A stretch of 64,000 bases of DNA from positions 3,873 to 67,872 of the IMG/VR virus record IMGVR_UViG_2684623125_000003. One strand, 5' to 3'. This document shows positions 26,738-35,728 of this stretch, piece after piece. Below the pieces are notes generated by a model, which saw nothing but the letters and a program-made list of their open reading frames with translations, did no database searches and had not been told where the DNA came from. Both the position numbers and the translations under genes were made by a program. Each line of letters starts with the position of its first letter. Within the stretch, counting starts at the first letter, position 1. This DNA is from a virus (lineage: Duplodnaviria > Caudoviricetes).

Positions 26738-28347
26738 AACTGTCCACTCGCCTGACCCTGGCGGGTCAACCTGTCCACCTGGTCGACCATGATATGGTGC
26801 TGGACCTCAACGCCGGCGGCCGCGCCGCTCTCACCATCGAAGGCCAGGCCGAGAAGGGGCAAACCCTGACCGTGGACACCGGCTATAACAACCAGTTGCA
26901 CCGCTGGTTCACCGGTTACGTGTATGACGTGCAGCCCGCCACCAATGGCACCAACAAACTGCTTTGCCGTGAGCTGGCGGGGATACTGGGCAGCCGCTTT
27001 CCAGTCAGCCTCCAACATGCCACCCTGCGCCGCCTGCTGGCCTGGCTGACTGACCAGACTAGCCTTACTTTCCTGTTACCTGATGGGGCTGACTATACCG
27101 ACCGGCCTATCCCCAACTTCACCAGTGCCGGTACCGGCTATCAGCTGCTCGATCATGCCGGTCGCGCCTTCGCGGTCCCCGACTTCATTTGGCATCAACA
27201 ACCCGATGGCACCATCTTCGTGGGCAGCCACGCCCATAGCCGCTGGCCTGAGCGTGCGGTAGCGCTGGATCCGGCGTTTTCGAGCCATCAAGCGGGCAAC
27301 ACGCTGACCACGGCGCCGATCCCGACCATGCGCCCAGGCGCTATCGTCAACGGCAAGCGGGTGATGCGGGTGCGCCTTAAGGGCGACCAGATGACCCTGA
27401 CCACGGCAACGCCTGGCAAACCGGTGAAAACGCCGGAACGGCGCAAGATAGAGGGGGAGTTCCCAGAGCTGGCCGACAACATGCACCTGCCAAAATTCGG
27501 ACGGGTCGAGGCCATCAGCGACCAGGCCAGCGCCGGCCAGCTCAATGACCCATTCCGCCCCCGCTATGCGGTGGACGTGCAGCTGCTGGGTGAGGATGGC
27601 CAGCCGGAGCAGGCCGCCCCGCTCTATCGGGCGGTGCCGCTGCCAGTGATGTTCGGCGGGCCTGAGCAGGGGCTGATGCAATTCCCCATCGAGGGGACGC
27701 TGGTTGAACTGGGGTTCGCCTTCGGGCGGGCCGACCGGCCCTTTATCCGCACCGTGCTCGGCAGTGGCTGGCCACTGCCTGACATCGCCCCGGGCGAGCA
27801 GCTACAGCAGCAACGGGCCGAGGTGGCCAGCCGCATCGATACCGTAGGCAACCTCTCCCGCCACACCGACCGGCGCCTGCACGACCGCGCCCTGCAGATG
27901 CACCACCAGAGTGACGATTACCTAGGAGAGCATGGCCAGCACCGGCTGCAGATAGCCCAGCACAGCATCGAGGAGGTGGGCGGGCTCAAGCTCATCGAGG
28001 CGCTCGGTGCCATCGAGCTGCTGGCCGGCGATGACCTGACCCTGGGCTGTCTGGGTAACCTAAGCCAGACCACGGCGGGCGACCTGGTTGAGGTAGTGGG
28101 TCAGTTGCGGCGCAGTGTGGCCGCCGAGCTGCAGCACCTGGAGGCGCCCCGTTCGTGGATGGGGACCGAGGGCGTGAACATCTTCCGGCTGCTGCTGCAG
28201 CTGATGAACGTGGTGGAGCAGCTGGCCGCTGCCACGGCCAGCCACACCCACGGCAGCGGCCCGGTGCCGGGTAACAGCGGGGCCATGACCGGACATGGCC
28301 AACAGGCCAAACAGCTAGCTGACCAGCTCTCCCCCATCATCGAATAG
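26734..28347 (+). CDS. Baseplate hub-spike fusion protein
   Basis: C-terminal HTH tripeptide (HxH metal-tip motif); homolog at 62387-64000. Confidence 0.8.
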   Translation: MKLSTRLTLAGQPVHLVDHDMVLDLNAGGRAALTIEGQAEKGQTLTVDTGYNNQLHRWFTGYVYDVQPATNGTNKLLCRELAGILGSRFPVSLQHATLRRLLAWLTDQTSLTFLLPDGADYTDRPIPNFTSAGTGYQLLDHAGRAFAVPDFIWHQQPDGTIFVGSHAHSRWPERAVALDPAFSSHQAGNTLTTAPIPTMRPGAIVNGKRVMRVRLKGDQMTLTTATPGKPVKTPERRKIEGEFPELADNMHLPKFGRVEAISDQASAGQLNDPFRPRYAVDVQLLGEDGQPEQAAPLYRAVPLPVMFGGPEQGLMQFPIEGTLVELGFAFGRADRPFIRTVLGSGWPLPDIAPGEQLQQQRAEVASRIDTVGNLSRHTDRRLHDRALQMHHQSDDYLGEHGQHRLQIAQHSIEEVGGLKLIEALGAIELLAGDDLTLGCLGNLSQTTAGDLVEVVGQLRRSVAAELQHLEAPRSWMGTEGVNIFRLLLQLMNVVEQLAAATASHTHGSGPVPGNSGAMTGHGQQAKQLADQLSPIIE

Positions 28348-28357
28348 GGATGCACAG

Positions 28358-29056
28358 ATGATCTCGCTGACTCTTAATCAAAACACCATGCACCGCCTAC
28401 TGGAGCGCCTGGACGCCGCCTCTCTGCCGCCGGCGAAACGCCGGCGCATCACCCAGCAGATAGGCCGCGAAGTGGCCAAGGTGAGCCGCCAGCGCATCCG
28501 TGCCGGCAAAGCACCTGATGGGACAAAGTGGGCCCCCACCAAGAGCAAACGCAAGCACAAGCGGCTCACGGGCCTCTCCAAGCGTCTGCGCTCTCGCGGT
28601 ACCGAGGATGCGGCCATCATCGACTTTGACTCCCGCTTTGCAGGGATGATCGCCAACCAGAACCACCAGGGAATGTCACAGCCATTCGCGGCAGCGCCGC
28701 CCAAGCCAGCACAACCGAGGAAGTCAGAGCGGGGCAAGAAGCAGGAACCGTTCAAGCCTACGGATAGCCCTTGCACCCGTAGCCAGGCGCAGCGCCTGCG
28801 TGCGCTGGGGTACAAGGTGCTGTCAGACCGGGGCGCTCGTCGCCGCTACCGCAAGCCCTCCCTCAAGTGGATACGGGAACATGTCAGTGTTACCCGGGCT
28901 GCCATCCTGATCAGGACCACCACTGGAGAGACCAGGAAGCACCGCTGGACGGTAGAGACTCCCGCCCGCCCCATGCTCCCCCAGGCCAACAACGACGAAC
29001 TGCTGGTCATCGCCGCCAAGGCATTCAAGAAGATGGGATGGGGCGCCGGCCAGTAA
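28358..29056 (+). CDS. Virion morphogenesis / tail completion gpS-like, at a displaced position
   Basis: RQRIRAGKAPDGTKWAP..PARPML; homologous to 50749-51432. Confidence 0.85.
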   Translation: MISLTLNQNTMHRLLERLDAASLPPAKRRRITQQIGREVAKVSRQRIRAGKAPDGTKWAPTKSKRKHKRLTGLSKRLRSRGTEDAAIIDFDSRFAGMIANQNHQGMSQPFAAAPPKPAQPRKSERGKKQEPFKPTDSPCTRSQAQRLRALGYKVLSDRGARRRYRKPSLKWIREHVSVTRAAILIRTTTGETRKHRWTVETPARPMLPQANNDELLVIAAKAFKKMGWGAGQ

Positions 29057-29083
29057 CCTGCCGACTATCACCCAGCACACGAC

Positions 29084-29108
29084 AGCGACGCACCAGCGTC
29101 GCTTTTTT
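29084..29108 (+). terminator. Late-operon terminator
   Basis: AGCGACGC-ACCA-GCGTCGCT-TTTTT. Confidence 0.85.
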
Positions 29109-29137
29109 GTGGCCAGCCCCCTGCCCTGCAGCCCAGT

Positions 29138-29156
29138 GGCGACGGAGGAAACGCAC
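29138..29156 (+). other. cos: Candidate cos site
   Basis: GGCGACGGAGGAAACGCAC matches 14/19 of the P2 cohesive end as recalled; non-coding region near att as in HP1. Confidence 0.45.
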
Positions 29157-29627
29157 CGCTCACGGAATCCGCACTCCTCCCCCCCCACCTTCGGGCTAAA
29201 AATGTGGCGTTTTTTGCACAAATAAAATGGTGCAAATCCATCGTCTAGCCCGCGCCATGGCTGGGTTCTTGGGGGGAATTCAGAATTTCACAAAACGTCA
29301 TTTGATGATCGTTTTGGGGAGGTTTGATCACGCCCATCAGACGGAGCGAAAATCGTAAGCCATTGAGAATAAACAGATGATGGTGACTTTCCGTGAGGAT
29401 CTGAGTCGGCGCGGTGGATCTGGTTAGACCATAAGGAAAAAGCTGGAAAGCCTTATGTGGCAAGGCTTGGCGGGTAGTTTTGGCAAGGATCCAGAATTTC
29501 GCTAGTGAAGCATTTCTATCTATCGCCGAAATGAAAATGTAGACAAATTGTGATAAGGCGCCCCATCCAACTAGGCGGAAACCGCCTACAAATCTTGACG
29601 AAATCGTCATTTCGTTATAGTGTTCTA

Positions 29628-29795
29628 GTCGAAAGCGCAAAGTCGGTGGCCAGTTGGGGCAATGACCGATAGAGGAACCCCAGAATGTCCAACTGCATTG
29701 TGAGGGTGAGACCTTTCCTCACCAGCTTGGGTGAGTACAAAGTACAAGCAAAATGAAAGATTCAAAATTGAGGCAACCATAGGTTGCCTCTTTTC
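29628..29795 (+). ncRNA. Predicted structured ncRNA (~165 nt) with pseudoknot
   Basis: Promoter TTGACG(29595)-17-TAGTGT; interlocked stems; terminator GAGGCAACC-ATA-GGTTGCCTC-TTTT. Confidence 0.55.
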
Positions 29796-30294
29796 ATTTA
29801 TGGCGAGCATAGACTAGCTTTCCATGTCTATGTTTGTTCATCGATTTTGCTTCACTTTGCATGAAGTTCCACAAGATCTTGTCTGGTGTAATTGTGGCAA
29901 CAACCAGCATCATGTTTCGCTCTTCAAAGGTACCTATGAAGGCATACCGATAGCTTCCGTCGTCATAAGCAACCTCCCAAACCTCGAAGGGATTCTGCAG
30001 GGTTACGATAGCATGATTGACGTAACGTTCTCTGGCATGTGGTCTTTTCTCAACAATGTGCGGTAAAGAACCCCGACACACCTGAATATCACCGACTGGT
30101 GTAACCATCATCACTGATGCTTCGTTGCCGACAAAACCAAACTTACTTACCAACACAGCAACTGCATCTTCTTGAGTAGCAGCCGGCGGCTCTTGCTCAA
30201 TAGCAGGAAGCCTCTTCTCTACCCCAAGGCCCTTCAGGTCTTCCAACTCCATGCTTTTCCAATCAGGCTGATCGGGGCACTCTTTTACTGTCAC
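29794..30294 (-). CDS. Standalone PBECR-type (barnase/EndoU/colicin/RelE-like) nuclease domain protein
   Basis: HIVEKR..RERY...TLQNPFEVW..RYAFI pattern; own -10 TAGAAT; low GC. Confidence 0.65.
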   Translation of the reverse strand: MTVKECPDQPDWKSMELEDLKGLGVEKRLPAIEQEPPAATQEDAVAVLVSKFGFVGNEASVMMVTPVGDIQVCRGSLPHIVEKRPHARERYVNHAIVTLQNPFEVWEVAYDDGSYRYAFIGTFEERNMMLVVATITPDKILWNFMQSEAKSMNKHRHGKLVYARHK

Positions 30295-30460
30295 GAAAAA
30301 ATCTCAGTTGGATGCTCAAGACGGGGGAGCATTCTAGCAGAAGGCTAAAAAAAAATGGGTAGGACACACTTGGAATTGAGATGAACTGAGTCACTGGAAA
30401 GAAGAATCGAGCATCGGTTTACGCCGATCATCTAAATACCTGCCGCCACCATGACACAGA

Positions 30461-30491
30461 AAAACAAAAGGCCATCCGCTAGGATGGCCTT
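30461..30491 (-). terminator. Phage-supplied terminator downstream of the tRNA 3' end
   Basis: AAGGCCATCC-TAGC-GGATGGCCTT-TTGTTTTT on the minus strand. Confidence 0.8.
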
Positions 30492-30508
30492 AAGTCATTG
30501 AATTCTAA

Positions 30509-30562
30509 TGGTGCCCGGGGTCGGACTCGAACCGACACGGTTATTCACCGGCGGATTTTGAA
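30509..30562 (-). tRNA. 3' half of tRNA-Leu(CAA), serving as att core (not a full tRNA)
   Basis: TTCAAAATCCGCCGGTGAATAACCGTGTCGGTTCGAGTCCGACCCCGGGCACCA; D-arm and 5' acceptor strand absent. Confidence 0.9.
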
Positions 30563-30581
30563 ACCGTTGGAGTCCCTTCAG

Positions 30582-30594
30582 AATCAATAAGTTA
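30582..30594 (+). promoter_or_regulatory. IHF site in the att arm
   Basis: AATCAAtaagTTA matches WATCAA-N4-TTR. Confidence 0.6.
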
Positions 30595-30637
30595 CTGATT
30601 TATAACAGGTCGAAAATCTCAATATGACCACATGTAG

Positions 30638-31690
30638 CTAAATATGGGGCGGCTCGATGGACTGTTTATGGACACTTTTCAGTGCGGTGATGGGGTTTAA
30701 CCGTACCGCATCCTCCAAGTGATCGGGGGCAAAGTGGGCATAACGCATCGTCATCTTGATATCCGTGTGGCCGAGGATTCGCTGCAGCACAAGAACGTTG
30801 CCACCGTTCATCATGAAGTGGCTGGCAAAGGTATGGCGTAGAACGTGGGTGCTCTGCCCTGTCGGCAGCTTGATACCTGCTCGCCTGATGGCCTTCTCGA
30901 ACTCGGCATAGCAATCATCGAACAGGCGGCCTGTACGCTTGGGCAACATGGCCAGCAACCAGGGGGCGACAGGGACCGTCCTGTTTCTCTTTCCCTTTGT
31001 CTTGGTGAAGGTGATTCGCCCCATGCCAATCTGTGATCTGGTTACCTTCTCAATCTCAGACCAGCGGGCGCCGGTCGAAAGGCAGAGCATGACGACCAGC
31101 CACAGATCCCGCTGCTCCTTGCAGGCATCAAGCAGTTGCTCGATCTCATCCTGGGAAAGATAAGCCAGCTCGGATTCTTGCACCTTGTACTGGCGCAGGT
31201 CAGAAAGCGGATTTCCGCCTTGCCAAACTCCGAGGCGGGCCAGCTCGTTGAACACCGCTTGCAGATAGAGCTGCTCACGGTTGATGGTGGTGGGGGTGAC
31301 CTGCTTGCGCTGCCCAGGAACATAAAGCTCCCCCGCCAATCGCCGTTCGCGGTATGCCGAGAAGTGTTCGGAGGTGAACTCGCTGGCAAGCGGGTTATCC
31401 AGAGCTTCGCACAGCCAAACCAGCTTATCGCGGCGCCGTTCACCATCAGCCAAGGTCTGCCCGTGGCGGCCAAACCAGAGGTGAACCAAATCGAGCAGCC
31501 GCTGGCAGTTCTGCTCTGGCTCGGGTGCCTCCTCTTTCAGCCACGGCTTGTTCAGAAGCTGGTGCCGTTCCCACGCCAGCGCTTCACCTTTAGTCATAAA
31601 GCTCTTGCGCAGGCGGGGACCGTTTACCCCATCAGGGCGAACGTCTGCCCGCCACGGCTTGGCTTGCCCCTCAATTTTTTTGACTGTCAT
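30638..31690 (-). CDS. int: Tyrosine integrase (HP1/186 type)
   Basis: TGARWSE, TKGKRNR, HVLRHTFASHF, LGH..MTMRYAH. Confidence 0.96.
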   Translation of the reverse strand: MTVKKIEGQAKPWRADVRPDGVNGPRLRKSFMTKGEALAWERHQLLNKPWLKEEAPEPEQNCQRLLDLVHLWFGRHGQTLADGERRRDKLVWLCEALDNPLASEFTSEHFSAYRERRLAGELYVPGQRKQVTPTTINREQLYLQAVFNELARLGVWQGGNPLSDLRQYKVQESELAYLSQDEIEQLLDACKEQRDLWLVVMLCLSTGARWSEIEKVTRSQIGMGRITFTKTKGKRNRTVPVAPWLLAMLPKRTGRLFDDCYAEFEKAIRRAGIKLPTGQSTHVLRHTFASHFMMNGGNVLVLQRILGHTDIKMTMRYAHFAPDHLEDAVRLNPITALKSVHKQSIEPPHI

Positions 31691-32522
31691 CGCACACCGC
31701 TCGGGCTTGCTTGTGGGATGCAATGGCCTGCGCCAGTTGATCACGCGCAGACTGCAGTGCATTGGCATCACCATTTTTGGCGTATGTATAAAGCTGGCCA
31801 ACAAACGCATCGGAGCGCTGCACCAAGTCAGCAGCCAGTCGGATAACCACATCATCATCCAGGTGGCTGGTACGCAAGCCGTTCATAGAACCACGAACGG
31901 CAGATATCATCGGATTGACGGTGCTTACCCGATACTCGGCAATCTGGTGGTGGTCGATCTGCTGGCCATTGAGTAGACCACCAAAGCGCCCCATCACCCC
32001 GTCAGTGGTCTGGTTCACCTGCTGATAGATCTCCTGCTCCAGTCGGCACTGTTCAGCGAGGGTGAGTGGACGCAGAGCCATGGCTGGTTGTTGCTCGCCA
32101 TGAACCAGCTCGCTATCAGCGGGCGGCATAGGGGTTTCAAACCGAGCAGGGCGGAACAGCCAGGCGCCAGCGAGCGCCGCAACGAACAGCACCAATACGC
32201 CGGCCCCTGCTGTACTTGGGCGAACTGATGCCGCTCTCTGCGCCCGTTCCTCTTTGCTCATCTTGAGAACAGACAGGACATGACTGAAGAACAGCAGGAT
32301 CCCATGTACGACAGCCAACACGGCCAGCAGCACCAATCCGCCAGACAGTTCGATCTTGCCATTCGGCACCATGCTGAGCAGGGCAAAACCGAGGAATGCG
32401 TAGAGCCCGATAAAGAACGCATTAAGCCGGCGCTTCTGTCCAAACAAAGCCGGTTTGAACAAACTGATCACCGTCAGCAGCAAGCATAAAAGGGCTGTCC
32501 AGATAGCCAACACAGAAAGCAT
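31671..32522 (-). CDS. Membrane protein (about 4 TM plus helical domain) in the lysogenic operon
   Basis: Hydrophobic N-terminal half; GGAG RBS; between cI and int. Confidence 0.75.
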   Translation of the reverse strand: MLSVLAIWTALLCLLLTVISLFKPALFGQKRRLNAFFIGLYAFLGFALLSMVPNGKIELSGGLVLLAVLAVVHGILLFFSHVLSVLKMSKEERAQRAASVRPSTAGAGVLVLFVAALAGAWLFRPARFETPMPPADSELVHGEQQPAMALRPLTLAEQCRLEQEIYQQVNQTTDGVMGRFGGLLNGQQIDHHQIAEYRVSTVNPMISAVRGSMNGLRTSHLDDDVVIRLAADLVQRSDAFVGQLYTYAKNGDANALQSARDQLAQAIASHKQARAVCDDSQKN

Positions 32523-32531
32523 GAGAACTCC

Positions 32532-33248
32532 TTAAAACTTTTTGCCCGCCCAGACAACACGACCAACCAGATCCAACTCGGCCAACTCCGACCGACTCAG
32601 GTCACGCGACTTATAGAGGGGGTTATCAGAGATGATGCGCACTCCGCCCAGGTCGAACTGCAGGCGCTTGACGAACAAGCCGCCATCGAGGCGCAGCACA
32701 TAGAGCCCATCGCGAGGAGCTTCCCCGTTCTTGAGGCGGATCAGGATCACATCGCCATCGTTGATGGTCGGTTCCATGCTGTCACCCTTGGCCCGGATGA
32801 CTGCCATCTTGACTGGGTCGAACCCTTCACGGCGCAGCCATTCGGTACGAAACGCCATCGGCTCGGCCAGCTGCTCATCCGTGATCTGTGAACCATGCCC
32901 GGCGCTAGCCTCAACTTGATAGGCAGGAATCGTGGTGAATTCGTCGGGTTGATATACAACGCGAGGTTCGGTCGGTGAATCATAAGGCCGAGAGGGAAGG
33001 GCTGATTGAGATGCATCGCCAACGCCAAATACCAGCCATTCAAACGTCACGCCTCCTGCACGCGCCAGATTGAGAGCGCGATCAACTGGTGGGATGGTTC
33101 CTTCATGTAGATACCGTCTTAACCCGCCATCAGTCATATCGGCCCTGCGTGCAAAAGCTCGCAATGGTTCATTACCGATGATTCTTTCAAGCCGTTTCAC
33201 AAAATCCGCTTGGTTGAATGCAATCTCTTGTAAGCGCGCACCATTCAT
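32532..33248 (-). CDS. cI: CI repressor, HTH plus S24 autopeptidase
   Basis: ASAGHG cleavage site, GDSMEP Ser, VKRL Lys. Confidence 0.93.
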   Translation of the reverse strand: MNGARLQEIAFNQADFVKRLERIIGNEPLRAFARRADMTDGGLRRYLHEGTIPPVDRALNLARAGGVTFEWLVFGVGDASQSALPSRPYDSPTEPRVVYQPDEFTTIPAYQVEASAGHGSQITDEQLAEPMAFRTEWLRREGFDPVKMAVIRAKGDSMEPTINDGDVILIRLKNGEAPRDGLYVLRLDGGLFVKRLQFDLGGVRIISDNPLYKSRDLSRSELAELDLVGRVVWAGKKF

Positions 33249-33386
33249 TAGTCATCACCATCAAGTTTTAGTGAAGATATGTACACACCCGCTTGACTAG
33301 TGCTTTTTTTGGATCAATCATGCAATCGCCAGAAAGCAATGAGCAACCAAGAATAGCAAATAGCAATAGGTGAAAGAGGTCCCATC

Positions 33387-33602
33387 ATGTCAGAGATTGC
33401 ACTCAAGATCGACACACCGGTTAAAACCATCGAGCGCTATAGCGCAGACACCGGCATTCCTGTTGGCACAGTCAGGAAAATGATCGCCTGCGGTGAACTT
33501 CAGATCATGCCCAAGGCAGGCCCCAAGCACCGCGTCCTGATCAACATGGTCGCGCTGTACCACAAAGCCGCTGCAGCCGCCTACCTCCCTGCAACCTCCT
33601 GA
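33387..33602 (+). CDS. cox: Cox/Apl-like regulator
   Basis: TIERYSADTGIPVGTVRKMI..VLINMVAL. Confidence 0.85.
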   Translation: MSEIALKIDTPVKTIERYSADTGIPVGTVRKMIACGELQIMPKAGPKHRVLINMVALYHKAAAAAYLPATS

Positions 33603-33607
33603 TTACT

Positions 33608-34141
33608 ATGGCACTCATTGGAGCGAGAACCATGTTTATCGGTGACGACTGCAAACATCCGCACTTTGAATCTGCATGCAGCAGATTTACCTCCAGCCAC
33701 GTGATCAGCAAGGTCGCGGCGGCGGCTGGCATTGATGCTCAGGTGCTGAGAAACAAACTCAACCCTGACCAGCCGCACCAGCTGACCGTGGCTGATCTCA
33801 TTGCTTTGTACCAAGCCACCGAAGGGGACGAAACCCTGTTCGACGGCATGTTGCTGGAATGCGGGCTGACCGCCCTCGCCATTCCAAACGCTGAACGTGC
33901 GCCATCCCTACCCCATCAGGCGATCGACCTCAATGCCAAGGTGGCCAGCATTGGCCAGCGGGCACTGGAGCTGGCCGAGCGGGGACGTGTATCGCGCACC
34001 GAACGCAACACCATCGTCAGTGTCGCTACCGCCGCCATGGGGTCGCTGGCACTGCTTATCCACGACGTCGAGGCCCGCTTTCAGGCTGTGCCGACTGTCG
34101 CCTGCGCATCAGACATCCTGATGCAAACCATGACCATGTAA
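33608..34141 (+). CDS. cII: CII (186/CP76 family)
   Basis: VLRNKLNPDQPHQLT. Confidence 0.9.
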   Translation: MALIGARTMFIGDDCKHPHFESACSRFTSSHVISKVAAAAGIDAQVLRNKLNPDQPHQLTVADLIALYQATEGDETLFDGMLLECGLTALAIPNAERAPSLPHQAIDLNAKVASIGQRALELAERGRVSRTERNTIVSVATAAMGSLALLIHDVEARFQAVPTVACASDILMQTMTM

Positions 34142-34151
34142 GGGGGAACCC

Positions 34152-34610
34152 ATGCAAACCCAATCCATTGACCATGAGCAGCGCAATCTGGCCGGCCTGA
34201 CCCCGGACGAGCAGGTGGCCATGAACACCGCCGGCTGCCTGCTGCTGCGTGAGCTGCTGCGCAAGACGCGATCCAGCCTGGATAGCGACTGGCTGGCCAT
34301 GAGCCAGACCAAACGAGCGGCCATCTGCACCATCGCACGCCAGCCACGTCATGAAGTGATGAGCGCCACCTTGTCGGCGCTGCCCCATGCACAGCGTGAG
34401 GCGATTCGCCTGGCGGTGATCGCACTGGAGTACCAGGGGGATTTTCGCTGTGGCTGCACCACAGAGGTGTGGCATCCGGTCACCACCGACCGGGCCCAAC
34501 GAGAGATAGAACGAGAGAAGAAAGAGAGAGCCAACCGCCTGCGCATGAAACGCGCCGTGCTGGCGGCCACCCACATGCTGCAGCAAGGGCCGCGCGCCAT
34601 TGGGCAATAA
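34152..34610 (+). CDS. Early protein, gpB-like
   Basis: WLAMSQTKRAAIC; synteny with 1205-1630. Confidence 0.6.
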   Translation: MQTQSIDHEQRNLAGLTPDEQVAMNTAGCLLLRELLRKTRSSLDSDWLAMSQTKRAAICTIARQPRHEVMSATLSALPHAQREAIRLAVIALEYQGDFRCGCTTEVWHPVTTDRAQREIEREKKERANRLRMKRAVLAATHMLQQGPRAIGQ

Positions 34611-34711
34611 AAAAGCCCGCATTACGGAGCGGCAACTCCAAGCGGGCCCTTATCAACAACGTATCAGGAAGTCGACATGGCAACTTTAGCTATTCGTGAC
34701 CAATTGCGCAA
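34609..34711 (-). ncRNA. Predicted antisense sRNA (~34676 to ~34609) with its promoter
   Basis: TTGCGC-17-TAAAGT; hairpin plus U6; covaries with the P1 copy. Confidence 0.6.
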
Positions 34712-34853
34712 TCTGCGCCTGCAAACCCGCAAGCTGACCCACTACAACCGGCGCCACCCCTGCGACCCCGATCTGATCCGCGCCCTCGAGCGCCCGGTGG
34801 CCATGGCATGGCACGCGATCTGGTCATGCGTTAACTGCCGAGGGGAGATCTGA
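34677..34853 (+). CDS. Small early protein (MATLAIRDQLRN..., 58 aa; below the ORF-track cutoff)
   Basis: Translated by hand; counterpart of 1667-1852. Confidence 0.7.
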   Translation: MATLAIRDQLRNLRLQTRKLTHYNRRHPCDPDLIRALERPVAMAWHAIWSCVNCRGEI

Positions 34854-34855
34854 CC

Positions 34856-35029
34856 ATGGCAGCCGTTATCACCCGCCACACAGTACCCAATGTCAAGGCC
34901 GCAAACGCCTACCTGGTGCAACAGGGCTACACCAATTGCGGCACCACCTGGCTTAAAGGCCAGCGCGGCTACGCCCGTATGGAGCGCCTGACCTCTGGCG
35001 CGATACGCATCATCGAGGGGGTGGCATGA
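34856..35029 (+). CDS. Hypothetical 57-aa early protein (MAAVITRH...)
   Basis: GGAG RBS; ATGA-coupled to the next gene. Confidence 0.6.
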   Translation: MAAVITRHTVPNVKAANAYLVQQGYTNCGTTWLKGQRGYARMERLTSGAIRIIEGVA

Positions 35030-35217
35030 AAACACTGTTTCACCCCATCGCGACGCAAACGGCCCTGGCCAATCTGGCCGACCTGCCGCACCGCATCAAG
35101 GCCCAGATCTACAGCACCAAGCCCGGCCCCGAGGGCCGCCATTTACGCGAGCAGGCACGCCAGCAACTGCGCTGGCACCAGCTCTTTCGCACCCTGAGCA
35201 GGAGGACCCAACCATGA
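35026..35217 (+). CDS. Hypothetical early protein
   Basis: Coupled ORF chain. Confidence 0.65.
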   Translation: MKTLFHPIATQTALANLADLPHRIKAQIYSTKPGPEGRHLREQARQQLRWHQLFRTLSRRTQP

Positions 35218-35423
35218 GCATCGATGCCATCCATATCGCCAAGCGTGCCGAACACGCCGTGCTGCCGCTGCTTACCGAGTTGCTGGCCAGTGGCGAGCAG
35301 GAAAACCGGATCGCCCTGGGTGAACTCTACTCCGGGGACGAGTACATCCAAGTGCAACTGGTGGTGACCAGCACGCCGGCCGACCTGATGGATGACGACT
35401 CGGTCATGGGGGATGAGCAATGA
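35214..35423 (+). CDS. Hypothetical; matches the N-half of 2410-2859
   Basis: NRIALG..IQVQLVVTS..DDDS. Confidence 0.75.
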   Translation: MSIDAIHIAKRAEHAVLPLLTELLASGEQENRIALGELYSGDEYIQVQLVVTSTPADLMDDDSVMGDEQ

Positions 35424-35728
35424 GCGATCTGTTTGCACTGCAAGCCCCCCTCGCTGAGCAAGATGGCAGTGAATCGGGCCCGGCCCACCTACAGCCCCCC
35501 GCAGCCATCAGCCAACTGGCCACACACTGGGCCGTGGCCAGAAACGAATTCGACCATTCAGGGCAAGGCCCACTGAGGGACATCACCAAAGAGCTGCTGT
35601 CTCTTGGCGCTATTCGCGCCCTCTACTGGTTGGCCCTGGGCAATGGCGAGGTGTCGCTGGCCAAAGAGATCGGCCAGTGGTGGGCCCATTGCCAACCACT
35701 GCACGGGCTGGGGGAGACCATTCGATGA
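35420..35728 (+). CDS. Hypothetical; matches the C-half of 2410-2859
   Basis: LGAIRALYWLALG..PLHGLGE. Confidence 0.75.
   Translation: MSDLFALQAPLAEQDGSESGPAHLQPPAAISQLATHWAVARNEFDHSGQGPLRDITKELLSLGAIRALYWLALGNGEVSLAKEIGQWWAHCQPLHGLGETIR

Larger units (their letters stand above)
1..30562. mobile_element. Prophage 1, P2/HP1/phiO18P-like (left end with int and most of cI lies outside the window)
   Basis: cI-cro-cox-cII, HUH Rep, ogr, portal/terminase divergent from capsid, sheath/tube/baseplate genes; ends at a tRNA-Leu 3' fragment. Confidence 0.95.

Noticed and set aside
29625-29670. c-di-GMP-I riboswitch (GAAA..CGCAAAG)
   Set aside because: No GGCAAACC 5' element or proper tetraloop stem, and no downstream co-oriented gene
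29245-29810. Minus-strand ORFs 29245-29640 and 29625-29810
   Set aside because: No RBS or recognisable composition; the region is better explained as cos arm plus ncRNA
30509-30562. Complete tRNA-Leu gene
   Set aside because: Similarity stops at the anticodon loop; the 5' half is missing, so it is an att core
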